A stretch of DNA of 64,000 nt from Tubiluchus corallicola (Eukaryota; Animalia; Priapulida), in assembly GCA_030141605.1 (NCBI GenBank), contig JAQGDQ010000062.1, positions 685,337 to 749,336 of the forward strand, given 5' to 3'. Below, piece after piece: positions 41,220 to 52,400 of this stretch; positions within the stretch are counted from its first letter, which is position 1; each line of letters starts with the position of its first letter. Position numbers and translations under genes: made by a program. Under the pieces are notes generated by a model. That model made no database searches. It was given only the letters and a program-made list of their open reading frames with translations, and was not told the DNA's origin.

Positions 41220-41270
<51 letters not shown>

Positions 41271-41630
41271 GTAATTAGGGGTGAGCAATTGAGCATCGAA
41301 TGTTCGAGTTCTTATGTTCAAATCGAATTGGATTCGAACCTAAAATTATATATTTAACTAATTCAGCATTTCAACCCACATAATGTTATTTATAATTAAA
41401 ACATTTGAAACATTATGCAGCTAGCAGAATCTACCTGCGATTTCTATGCCCAAATTTTAGTCAAATTATTAGAACAAAATCGAGTATAACATACATTAAA
41501 AATATACTGAAATTCTGCCCAATTCGAATTCGAAAGTCACAAATTCGATTGCATTCGAGATCGCTTTCTGGAAGAGAATGCTCAACCCTAATAATAACAA
41601 CAACAATAACAATAACAATAATAATAAATC

Positions 41631-41708
<78 letters not shown>

Positions 41709-41721
41709 CAACAACAACAAC

Positions 41722-41756
<35 letters not shown>

Positions 41757-41785
41757 TAATAATAATAGTAATAATAATAATAATA

Positions 41786-41834
<49 letters not shown>

Positions 41835-41836
41835 TA

Positions 41837-41891
<55 letters not shown>

Positions 41892-41989
41892 CAACAACAA
41901 TAATAATAATAATAATAATAATAACAATAATAATAATAATAATAGTAATAATAATAATAATAATAATAATAGTAATAATAATAATAGTA

Positions 41990-42022
<33 letters not shown>

Positions 42023-42043
42023 ATAATAGTAATAATAATAATA

Positions 42044-42079
<36 letters not shown>

Positions 42080-42106
42080 GTAATAATAATAATAGTAATA
42101 ATAATA

Positions 42107-42155
<49 letters not shown>

Positions 42156-42953
42156 CAATAATATTTATTATTAGTATTATTATTATTATTATTATTATGT
42201 TATAATACTAAAGCAATTAACTTCCTCAAGAACAGGTGATTTTAGAATCTCTGATTACATTGTAAAATGTACAAAAAGCAGGCAAACAGCCCTCTACTCT
42301 CCAGTTTTTCTACTAGATAGCCTAACACTTCATTCTTAGGTGCTTCTCATTGTTATGTTGTACTGCCGCGGTCCTATTTATTTCATACTGTTCTAACTAG
42401 GGGTTTGTGGTGTTATTTTCATTTGCTCTTATTTGTTTGCAACTATGTCTGCCTGTTTGTTTGTTTCATTTTTTTGTTTGAATCATTATTTATTCAGGTG
42501 TTTAGGCCAATTCGATTCTCGATTTAAATCCATACAGGTAATTTGTTTTTTTTTATGTTTCATTTTTAGCATACCAATTAACAAGTTAAAATGATGGTAA
42601 TATATGAAAATAACAATAACCGTCTTATTAACAGTAATAAATGCCGAGTAAATTGAATCTAAATTATAACGAAAATGAAGCAGGCAAAAATAAAACAAAA
42701 TTTAACAAAAAATAATAATGATAAAAATAAGCTGTAATACTATGATATTTATAACATTGGAATGATGGTCCACATCTCTCATTCAACACTTAGTCTTGCT
42801 TAGTAAAAATAATGTTTTCGGCGCAGATGATAAGACAGTCAATCGTATTAAAACAACGTGAACAGAATAATTTTGGCCTAGCAACATGCTAAAATGAGTA
42901 AGTACGTGAAAATACCTGAATTTTATTTGATTTGGAGCCGTCAGAGTGGTCAT
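36200..42953 (-). CDS. Neprilysin/endothelin-converting-enzyme-like M13 metallopeptidase, N-terminal five coding exons only (~148 aa)
   Basis: Exons 42953-42916, 40694-40582, 39048-38998, 37404-37243 and 36280-36200 (GT-AG, phases 2,1,1,1,1) give MTTLTAPNQIKFSGSKWSSSHKSLLAVCIILLLIAAGLAVALGVMVTRMQGLKQHERICNEPVCVKAAASLVANMDLSADPCHDFYHYACGGWKEKNDIPDDKAIWSTFDIMDEELYRELRALLSKKYEGPSKAVEKAVQHYKLCFDE: a type II membrane anchor plus the CxxxxC and DPCxDFYxYACGGW signatures. No downstream M13 exons found. Confidence 0.9.
36420..36675. repeat. (TAATA)n pentanucleotide microsatellite
   Basis: Perfect TAATA run ~36445-36630 with degenerate flanks. Confidence 0.97.
38186..38794. mobile_element. Possible decayed piggyBac-type MITE
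   Basis: TTAA|CTCCTTCAGGA at left and TCCTGAAGAGA|ATAA at right: imperfect short TIR and TTAA-like flanks. Confidence 0.35.
39131..39208 (-). mobile_element. tRNA-derived SINE head or tRNA pseudogene
   Basis: Minus strand has A box TGGTGTAGTGG and B box GGTTCGAGTCT at tRNA-like spacing, followed by a T run; acceptor and anticodon stems do not pair. Confidence 0.55.
41077..42200. repeat. Large (AAT)n microsatellite with GAT/AAC/AGT variants, split by a MITE
   Basis: AAT arrays at ~41077-41275 and 41591-42160, then a short inverted (ATT)n run to ~42197. Confidence 0.97.
41276..41590. mobile_element. 315-bp MITE, hAT-like termini
   Basis: TAGGGGTGAGCA (41276) and TGCTCAACCCTA (41590): 12-bp TIR with 1 mismatch. 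Subterminal TTCGA(A) motifs at both ends. TSD is obscured by the AAT array. Confidence 0.7.
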
Positions 42954-43295
42954 TGTTGAGTTTCGCTGATGTTGCTTGCACGAAAATTAACGACACCTGC
43001 AGTGAACAAACGTTAGAACTTTGGTTAAACCAAATCAACACTTCTCTTGGAACTTTCGTTAAACCAAATCAACACTTCTTTTCGAACTTTCGTTTCATTT
43101 CACGCACATCTCGTGATCTTAAAAAATGCGAAAACGTCCAAGGACGATTACTGGCTCCCTGGTGCAGAAGAAAACAAGTCTTGCACCAAGTGCCGAAAAA
43201 ATAAGAATTGCTTGTGAAAAATTCTAGAGTCAGTTAATTATGAAGCTGCTCACACGTGTAATAACGACAGCGAGATGTGAAAATGTATTATAGTA

Positions 43296-44511
43296 GAATG
43301 TATGCCACTTCGCCAGTGCACATATTGTCAGTGGTACATTTCGCTAGTGGCACGCTTTACAAGTGGCACACTTCGCCAATGGTGCAGTTCGCCAGTAGTA
43401 CAGTTCGCCAGTTGTACATTTCGAGGGTAGTGCAGTTCGCGAGAGGTATACAGTTTACCATTGGCACAGTTCGTCAGTGGTACATTTCTTCAGTGCCACA
43501 TTTCGCCAGTAAATGTTTCGCCAAAGACACATTTCGCCAATGCACATTTCGGTAGTAAAGTTTTCTCCGTTGTGTTATCTTGGTACATATCGCCAATACG
43601 CACATAAAATCGATTTGATCCGTTAAGTCCAAATTCATTAATTCGTTATCATCAATCCAATTTTCGCAAAGCATGTATTTAGTTTAAATTCAATTTCATC
43701 AATTACATTATTAAATGAGAACATCGCTTCTAAGCAAAAATCACGAAACTAATCATCCATCTCAAGTGATAATTGTTCATAACACGTTACATTTCAATTA
43801 GTACACTTTCAATGAATCCATCTTTTGAAGTAGGTACAGTACGGGACTCTTCGACCCAACGTTTCTTCTGAGCCAATGATTTTCAATAATTTCTTCATTA
43901 CAGATACCAAATGATATTTAAAACGATCGATCGATGGCAAAATACGAATCACTGATATGAGGCATATTAATACTTATAATAAAGGTAAGGACATTGGTGA
44001 AGTGCTGAACAATATGTACGAAGCATGTACAAAGCATGTACGAAACATGTACGAAGCATGTACGAACAGCGAAATCAACTGTTGCCAAAATGAAACGTTA
44101 ATAAAACCGAAAATTAACAGATGTGCATTATGGCAAAGAAATTTTACTGGCAAGATGTACCACTCCGAAATGTGTGCTGGCGAACTGCAGGCGAACAAAA
44201 ACACTTTGTTAGAGGAAAAAGTAATGACATAAAAAAGAAATTTTACTGGATCAATTACTGTAAAAACATTACAGAAATTTAGCTAGTGAAACGTACTACT
44301 GGCGGGGTGCACACTGGTAAGCTGTACCATTGGCGAACTTTTTATTAAACGATAAAGTAATAACATAACAGAGAAATTTTACTGGCGAAAAACACCACTG
44401 GCAGAATGTATACTGGCAAAATGTACCTCTTTAATGTGTATCAATAGCGAAGTACAGTTTTGGCGAAATGTAAAACCGACGAAATGTCAACTGGTGAAAT
44501 GGGTAGATACC
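43296..44511. mobile_element. Foldback-type non-autonomous Mutator (MULE)-like element, 1216 bp, 9-bp TSD
   Basis: ATTATAGTA at 43287-43295 and 44512-44520; G...C termini. Left arm (43296-43560) is tandem ~17-bp TTCGCCAGTGGTACA(G/T) units; right arm (~44110-44511) has the same units inverted. Internal 11-bp tandem ATGTACGAAGC at ~44014-44066. Confidence 0.85.
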
Positions 44512-47500
44512 ATTATAGTATACACTAAGCAGTATGTTCAAACACTAGCTACTTGCTTAGGGAGCTGTACACATCATTCCCAACAAAAATTCCAAACTAA
44601 AATAATAAAACCGAAAACCAGTATTTCAGACAGCCCTCGGCCATTTTACAAGAACGCAGACGCTTAATAAAGTTTAAAAGCCTGCTGAGAATGTATTCGT
44701 GTCTGGAGCGAGGTGTAGATCTGCATACTGTTTCTACGCCATGCATATGCACCCACTAATCGTCGAAAATACGCTAACATTCGACGTACTACTGTATTCA
44801 TTATTCACAGTGAACAAAGCTTCGATATTCCTTACTTTAAAATATGCACTATACTGATCTTTACAAAACGACAAGCTGACCAGCAAGGGTTAACAACTAC
44901 AAAAATGCACAGTGATTACTCTTTTTGTACAAGACACGATACAGCAGTGAAAACAGGACATTTTATACGGTTTTGCATGATCGCAATCAGACTCATTTTT
45001 AAGAAGGTGTTTCTTGGACCAGAGTCGCCAGACACTGAGCTGGCAGAAATCCTTCAGCACCCGGATGTGAAATTCTTTCTTTTATGGAACATGGAAGAAA
45101 GGCTAAGCATTAGCCGTACTGGGCGGCTCGAAAGTCACTACTGCGATCGCGATTACTTTGTCCCCTTGGGGCTGTGAAAACAATAGTGAGTATATATTTA
45201 AAATTCACGGTATGCAAATTTAATTGAAGACTGTTTTTCTTTTTAAATCTTGCTGTAATTTTAGTGAGTTCTGACAAGAGTAACAATTTTTAGGAATTCT
45301 TTTGTTATTTTTGTAATATATACTTTTACAGTTCACTATTAATATGATAATCTCTTGGCGAATTACTGAAGGCAAAATTTACCTCTCTCATGCGATTTGA
45401 AGATTTGACTTCTCTTTCCAAAATCTTATGAGGCTATATAATACGTATTATGAAAAGTTCTTTTCAGAATGAACTTATTTCAACTAAACAATTCTAAAAG
45501 ATTTAGCTCATCTAGACTTATACTTGTTTTCAAAAGATTTTGGTTTATTTATAAAAATGAAAAAATGTAAAGTGTATTATAGTGACTTGTCAGAAACCGG
45601 TAATACATTATACTGTTTCTATAATAATCTTACCTTATCAGCGAGGTGTCCTAAACAAAGCGTAAACTACAATTAATGTGTAATTTATATGGCACAACAA
45701 TTATTGCAGTCACTGTAGGCGTACGTGCAATTCATAGACATCGCAAAAACGTTTTTTGCCGTACATGAACATGTGCACAGCAGAGTAACTTAACTGTCAA
45801 CCTATTACTTCCATCAAAAGCAAACTTCCAAGTGAAATATTTCACCTGAGACTATTACGTAATGAATGCAACAACATGTACTACACTCACAAGGTTCTGC
45901 TAAGTTTTAGCCTTAAGGGAACAAACTACTAGTTCTGTAATGCGTGCGTTGAAGGGGGCGCATCCAAAATAAACTAAAATCTATGAACCTGATCAAAACT
46001 ACCCAAGAAAAGCTGTGCAGGCGAGCGATAAAGTCCTTACATGTAAAATTACCTTACAATGGTTAGAATAATAGTCTTCCTGACACCGGAGGAAAGTAAT
46101 TATATGCCACTTAGGCGTATATGTACATAACACACAAATCTTTCACTTAGTTTCTGCTAAATAAAGTGTTGGGACATTGTCAACATACAGTACTGTATAT
46201 TGTAAAGACATTAAAATTCCGGTCGTTCCGACAATTTTGCCCTTTTTATTTTAGTGTGTCATTCGTCTTTTACAACGTCGTTTGCCGGTAGTATATTAAA
46301 ATTCGATAAATTAATGTAAAAATATGATTGAAGTTTTTCGACTATAAAAAACTAACAATAAATGTGGGTCTGGCTTAGCAATACGTTTTAAAGCACCTCC
46401 TTTTAATGCGAAACTTCAAATACATTTCAATCATTCTAGAACACAGTCTTTTAATGAAAATTCGCGATGGCAAAAATAGAAATTAGATACTAGTTTTTGA
46501 CATTTTTACCAAGGTATTATGTTACCAAAAAACGTCGCGTAAGTTAATTCAAGTTTTTCCTGACAGATGGAGCAACGTATTTTTCATTCCGGAATATCCT
46601 ATTGCATAGAAGCGCTTATCATCTGCTGTGGAAAAGGTCTTTACGCTTAATTACAATAATTATGTAGAATTACCCAAACCCCGCAAAAGTTTTGTGCATA
46701 AACCCACTATGACCGCAATGACTGGCCAGATCTTTAACTCGTATTAAACAACCTATACACGTTACTCGCTAAGTGCAATCACTTATTTCAATTGGTACAA
46801 TAAACGTCTTCTCGGTGGTGTTCACAAAGAGAAATGTAATTAAGAGAAGTCACGCGTGACTTGCATGATATAGTCTATTAGGTTACAAAGCTAAAATTGA
46901 TTACCACACATTTCATTTGAGTTAAACTCACAAGCACAAATCAAACTTCTATTACACAGACTCATACGCTTTGTTCTGAATTTCAGCAATAGGTGGCAAC
47001 ACCATCCAGCACACCTGCTACATAACACATTGCCAAGTTTAGCTTAGCAATGTTACACGCGTCCGTTTGTTGAGCCTAGGCTAGTTGTCCCTCAAACTCT
47101 TCAATTTACGGATTTTTTTCTTTCAGTCGATTATATCGCTAAAATAATGATTGATAAGTATTTCAAAATCAGGTCTCAAAATGAAAATGCTAAGATTAGG
47201 ACAAGTATCCACCAAGGAATCATCTCGCAAGTCAAGCAAGCTATTCTACTTTGGAATTCTCTACTATCACAGGTTAACCAACTAGGTCCTTATCAGCATT
47301 TAAAACAAATTTAAGATCAGTAATATTAACCAAACAAGAATATAATACCATCGCACCAGCACAACAACATGCACACCAATTGTAAATTTCTATATCCACT
47401 GTCACATTGATAATTAAATAAATCATAATTTTTAATTATTGTAAATAGCTGTAAATATGTTTTATTTCTATTCGCCATTAAATTTTGTTTCTACGCTTTT

Positions 47501-49064
47501 CGATACTGCACAGCAGTTTTCGTAATACATTGACGTCATCGTTGGCTTTTATTACAATATGAAGTATTAACATGCATAAACAAAATTGTAATTATTGTTC
47601 TCCTTAGCTACATAACAACATTGTCAGAGTAACATGCCACATGAACCATTGCACCATCAATGCTGAGCATATAAGGTGACTTACTGCTGTAATGCTGAAC
47701 AGCATAGCATTTACAGACTTGCAGATTCACAATAACCAGATTAACGATAAAATGGTTTAAAATTTTAAAACACATTTGCTATATTTTTTGCAAGGGTTAC
47801 TGTTGTGTTGTCAGTTTTATGAAAGTGCAAAGATAATTAAATCATGTATATTACTGCGTTCGTAATTATGCTTTGTCTAACTGTGACAAATTTTGAAGTA
47901 AACACAATTTCTCAGTCAGGTAAGTATAAACAGTTTTTCTAACAAGACGAAATGTCAGGTTGTTGTATGCCGCGGTAGTGGTGTCTAACCTTATGAGATT
48001 TAAAAGTTTGTCTAAATTACAATAAAAAATTTGCTTTTTATCAAGAAACGGCATACTACTAGAAGACCGTTTATGACAAAGTTATGTACTGAAGACTCTG
48101 CAAACTACTAGTTCACAAGTGTAATATAATGTAGTGTAACATAATATAATGCAATCTAATAGAAACATTACGCTACATTATATTACATTATATTACATTA
48201 CTTTATACTTGCAGAACTTATAGATTGCAGAATGTTCCATTTATGCATTACATTGCATTTTAATTACATTACATTACAGCACGATTAATAAAAAACGCCA
48301 GGCAATTAATCTTTACAGTGTCTGCATCGTCAGAGATGTCTGTTGTTAAATCAAACTAGCTGAAGATCATAATTCTATTTTAATTAAATTTGCTATGCTT
48401 GATTATCTTGGAATTGATTTTTTTAATCAGATCTGAACTTGCTACTTTATGGGCCCGCAATCCATGAATCCGGGGATCTGAAGATCTAAAAATTGCTACA
48501 ATGAATTCCCCATGCTTGATTAGCTAGGAATTGCATTTCGTTCCGATGAAATCCAAATTTGTGACATTTTGACACGTGACCTTGGGTCAAAAGTGGTTGT
48601 TAGCCCTGGACGCGTAAAGGATAACAGTGTGTTGAACTCTGACCACTGGTTAAGTGAATGGCAGTTGAAGCAGTATTCGTGAGTCGAATTGAATGGTATA
48701 ATTTTCGTTAAGATTGATTGCAAATTTGGGGTTGAGGGGCCAATTCTTCTTTTGTCAAATGAAACTAGCTTGTTGTATATCAAAGGAATGGTCTAGATGA
48801 GATAAAATGAGCGGTATACATTGACAGGAGATTGATTGACCTTTGACCCACAGCTCACGGGTTGAAAAGTTATAAGTTGTAGTTTTATTGCAGAATGCAG
48901 TTCCTAGGCAGCGCGAATTGAACAAAATCAATTTACGATTTTCAAACTAAAGGCTTATGCCATTAAAAAGTCTAATTTTGTGACCATTGTTTGCATAATG
49001 GTCTAAGATAAAAAAAATATTTCGAATTTTAGAAATAAGGGATTTTGAGTAAAGTAAGTCTGCC

Positions 49065-49200
49065 CATCATCGTCGTCATCATCATCATCATCATCACCAT
49101 TCAATGAATCATACGTCTCGGGACACGATTCTGTTCACCTCCTTCTGCCAGGAGTCCTTTTACTCGTTGCAATGCCAAAAGTGCATTTATCTCTAAATCT
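49065..49200 (-). mobile_element. 3'-end remnant of the RTE-like family seen at 2529-3785 (further copies at ~51174-51310 and ~52394-52500)
   Basis: (CAT)n followed by AATGAATCATACGTCTCGGGACACGATTCTGTTCACCTCCTTCTGCCAGGA, which aligns by eye with 2529-2635. Confidence 0.75.
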
Positions 49201-49411
49201 GCCCATATTAAAAGAATAACTTTTTGCAATAGTAGCAACCTTTCAGCACAAATTTGCAAAAGAAATAATATCAAAAAACGATTGACAAATTAAAGAAAAG
49301 AAAAAAGTAAAGACATGCTCTGTCGAAATAATGCGATACAATGAACTGAAATGAACTCAACTGATTGTAGCTACATTAATTGTCAAATAATCAGTGTTTT
49401 TGTTTTAACAG

Positions 49412-52400
49412 GTTGCAATGATAATAACTATTGGTGCCAGAAGTGGGCTAACCAAGGAGAATGTAAGATTAATCCCGCCTACATGTTGTTCAATTGCAGA
49501 AAGTCTTGCAATAACTGTGATAGCAGTAAGTATTTATGTGACACATTAGACCTGACCTGTCTACCCATACATGTAAAATATACCGTTGTTGTCACGTACT
49601 GTAAGGGCCTATTTACACGTTGCTATTTTGATGCGCCATGTAAATAGGCCCTAAGAGGCGTTTATTGACAAAGGTTTTTGCCCTAATGTTCACATTTAGG
49701 CTCCTATCTAGCGACCATACAAACTCCAGGTTTTTTTAAAATCCCAGAAGCACATTTATCACTGCATAACTAAATACTTGTGAAAAAATAGAGTTTAAGT
49801 CAAACACAAAGGATCAGTTGAGTGACAATTGAAAACTGACCAACGTCCAGTACCTTTGACATTTTGACCTAACGTCATAATCCCTACACCTTCCCTTGAG
49901 ACTTTATCTTGTGTATCTGTACTTGCAGGTTTCCTAACTCTTGCTCTTTCTCATACGGAGTGATGAACATGGTCCAATTTTAACACTTCTGCTCATGTCA
50001 CGTGACCTGGTCACGCCCACTCTTTGGAAGCCAGTTCCCATACATCTACCCTTGCCTGCCTACCCATTAGCGCAAAAGTATAAGTTCCTTGTCTAACACT
50101 GTAGGTGGAAAAATCAGTTTTCACATTATGACCTCTATCACTAGGATATTTGACCTAGAGGTCACCATGTCTGTACCACAAACTGGTGTCCATTTAGTCT
50201 GATAATTTTGTGACTCTAGCTCTTACACGTATGTAGTTATTGCATTGACCTAATTTTAACACTCTCATTCGAGTCACGTGATCTGACCACACCCACTTGG
50301 AAAATTTTTATTGCACATCTACAGTACAATGCTACTCACAATTGCAAAAACGTTGACTCCTAGTATATGATACGTTTGCCCTAATTTTCAGACTTTCTGC
50401 CCTAATTCTCGGAATTTTACCAGACTCCGATTTCTGAAATGCATATCTACCCATAATACATTGATACTTGCGAAAAAATAAACACGATAAAGTTCAACAT
50501 TTTGCTAAAATTTTATTCTTAAGAGTATGTCGATACCATTTTTTTCTTATAACTCTACAGATCTGAAGGTCTAAACATTGCTTTTAATGAATTCCCCATG
50601 CTTGATTAGCTAGGAATTGCATTTCGTTCTGATGAAATCAAAATTGGTGACACTTTGATCCGTGACCTTGGGTCAAGGGCGGTTGTTAACCCAGGATGGG
50701 TGAAGAATAACAGTGAGTTGCCTTCTAACCTCTGGTCAAGTGGCAAAAGATAGTGAGAATACTTTACGTGAGTAGAATTAGATGGTATAATTTTCGTTTA
50801 GATTGATTGACCACTGACACCACTAAGAGGAGAATTTGGGGTTGATGGGACCAATACTTTTTTGTCAAATGAAACTAGCTTGTTGCATATCAAACGAATG
50901 GTTTAGATGAGATGAAATCAGTGGTATACGTTGACAGGAGAGTGATTGACCTTTGACCCACAGCTCACGGGTTGAAAGTTACAAGTTGTAGTTTTATTGT
51001 AGAATGCAGCTCCTAGGCAACGTGAATTGAACAAAATCAATTTATGATTTTCAAACAAAAGGCTTATGCCATTAAAAAGTCTAATTTTGTAACCATTGTT
51101 TGCATAATGGTCTAAGATAAAAAAACATTTTGAATTTTTGGAATAAGGGATTTTGAGTAAAGTAAATCTGCCCATCGTTGTCATCATCGTCATCATCATC
51201 TTCATCAACACCATCCAATAAATCATACGTCTAGGGACACGAATCTGTTCATCTCCTGCCAAGACTCCCTACTCGCTGTGCAATGCCATAAGTGCATTTA
51301 TCTCTAAATCAGCCCATATTAAAAGAATAACTTTTTGCAATGGTAGCAACCTTGCAGCACAAAATTGCAAAAGAAATAATATCAAAAAACGATTGACAAA
51401 TTAAAGAAAAGAAAAAAGTAAAGACATGCTCTGTCGAAATAACGTGCAATACAATGAACTGAAATGAACTCAACTGACTGTAGCCACAGTAAATGTTAAA
51501 TAATCAGTGTTTTTGTTTTAACAGGTTGCAATGATACTGACTATCAGTGCGAGAAGTGGGCTAACCAAGGAGAATGTGAGATTAATCCCGCCTACATGTT
51601 GTTCAATTGCAGAAAGTCTTGCAATAACTGTGATAGCAGTAAGTATTTATGTGACACATTAGACCTGACCTGTCTACCCAAACATGTAAAAATAAGCCCT
51701 TGTTGTCACGTACTGTAAGGGCTTATTTACACGTTGCTATTTTGATGCGCCGTGTAGATAGGCCCTAAGAGGCGTTTATTGACGAAGGTTTCTGCCCGAA
51801 TGTTCACATTGATGCTCCTATCTAGGGATCATAAAAACTCCAGGTTTTCTAAAATCCCAGAAGCACATCTACCACTGCATAACTAAATACTTGTGAAAAA
51901 ATTAAATTTAAGACAAACACCAAGGACCAGTAAAGTGATAATTGAAAACTGACCAACGTCCAGTGCCTTTGACATTTTGACTTAACGTCGTAATCCCTGC
52001 ACCTTCCCTTGAAGTTTTTTCTGAAATCTGTGCTGCAGGTTTCTTAATTCTTTCTCTTGCACTAACGGAGTGATCAACATGATCCAATTTTAATACTTCT
52101 GCTCATGTCACGTAACCTGACCAAACTCTATTTTTGGAAAACACTTTGCATACATCTACTCTTGCCTGGCTTCCCGTATCTGCAGAAGTATAAGTTCCTT
52201 GTCTAACACTGTAGGTGGAGTTGAATGACAAATCAGTTTTCATATTATGACCTCTATCACTGAGATATTTGATCTAGACGTCACAATGTCTGTACCACAA
52301 ACCTGGTGTCCATCTAATCTGATAATTTTATGACTCTAGCTCTTGCACGTATGCAGTTATTTGCGTTGATTATGCAGGTATGCAGGTATATCAAATGAAT

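Noticed and set aside
41002-42205. Poly-Ile, poly-Leu, poly-Asn and poly-Tyr ORFs
   Set aside because: Translations of the (AAT)n microsatellite inside an intron.
44905-45186. GC-richer ORF and GTGAGT donor as first exon of the ShKT/EGF gene
   Set aside because: No ATG-initiated signal peptide reaches the donor in frame; left unassigned.
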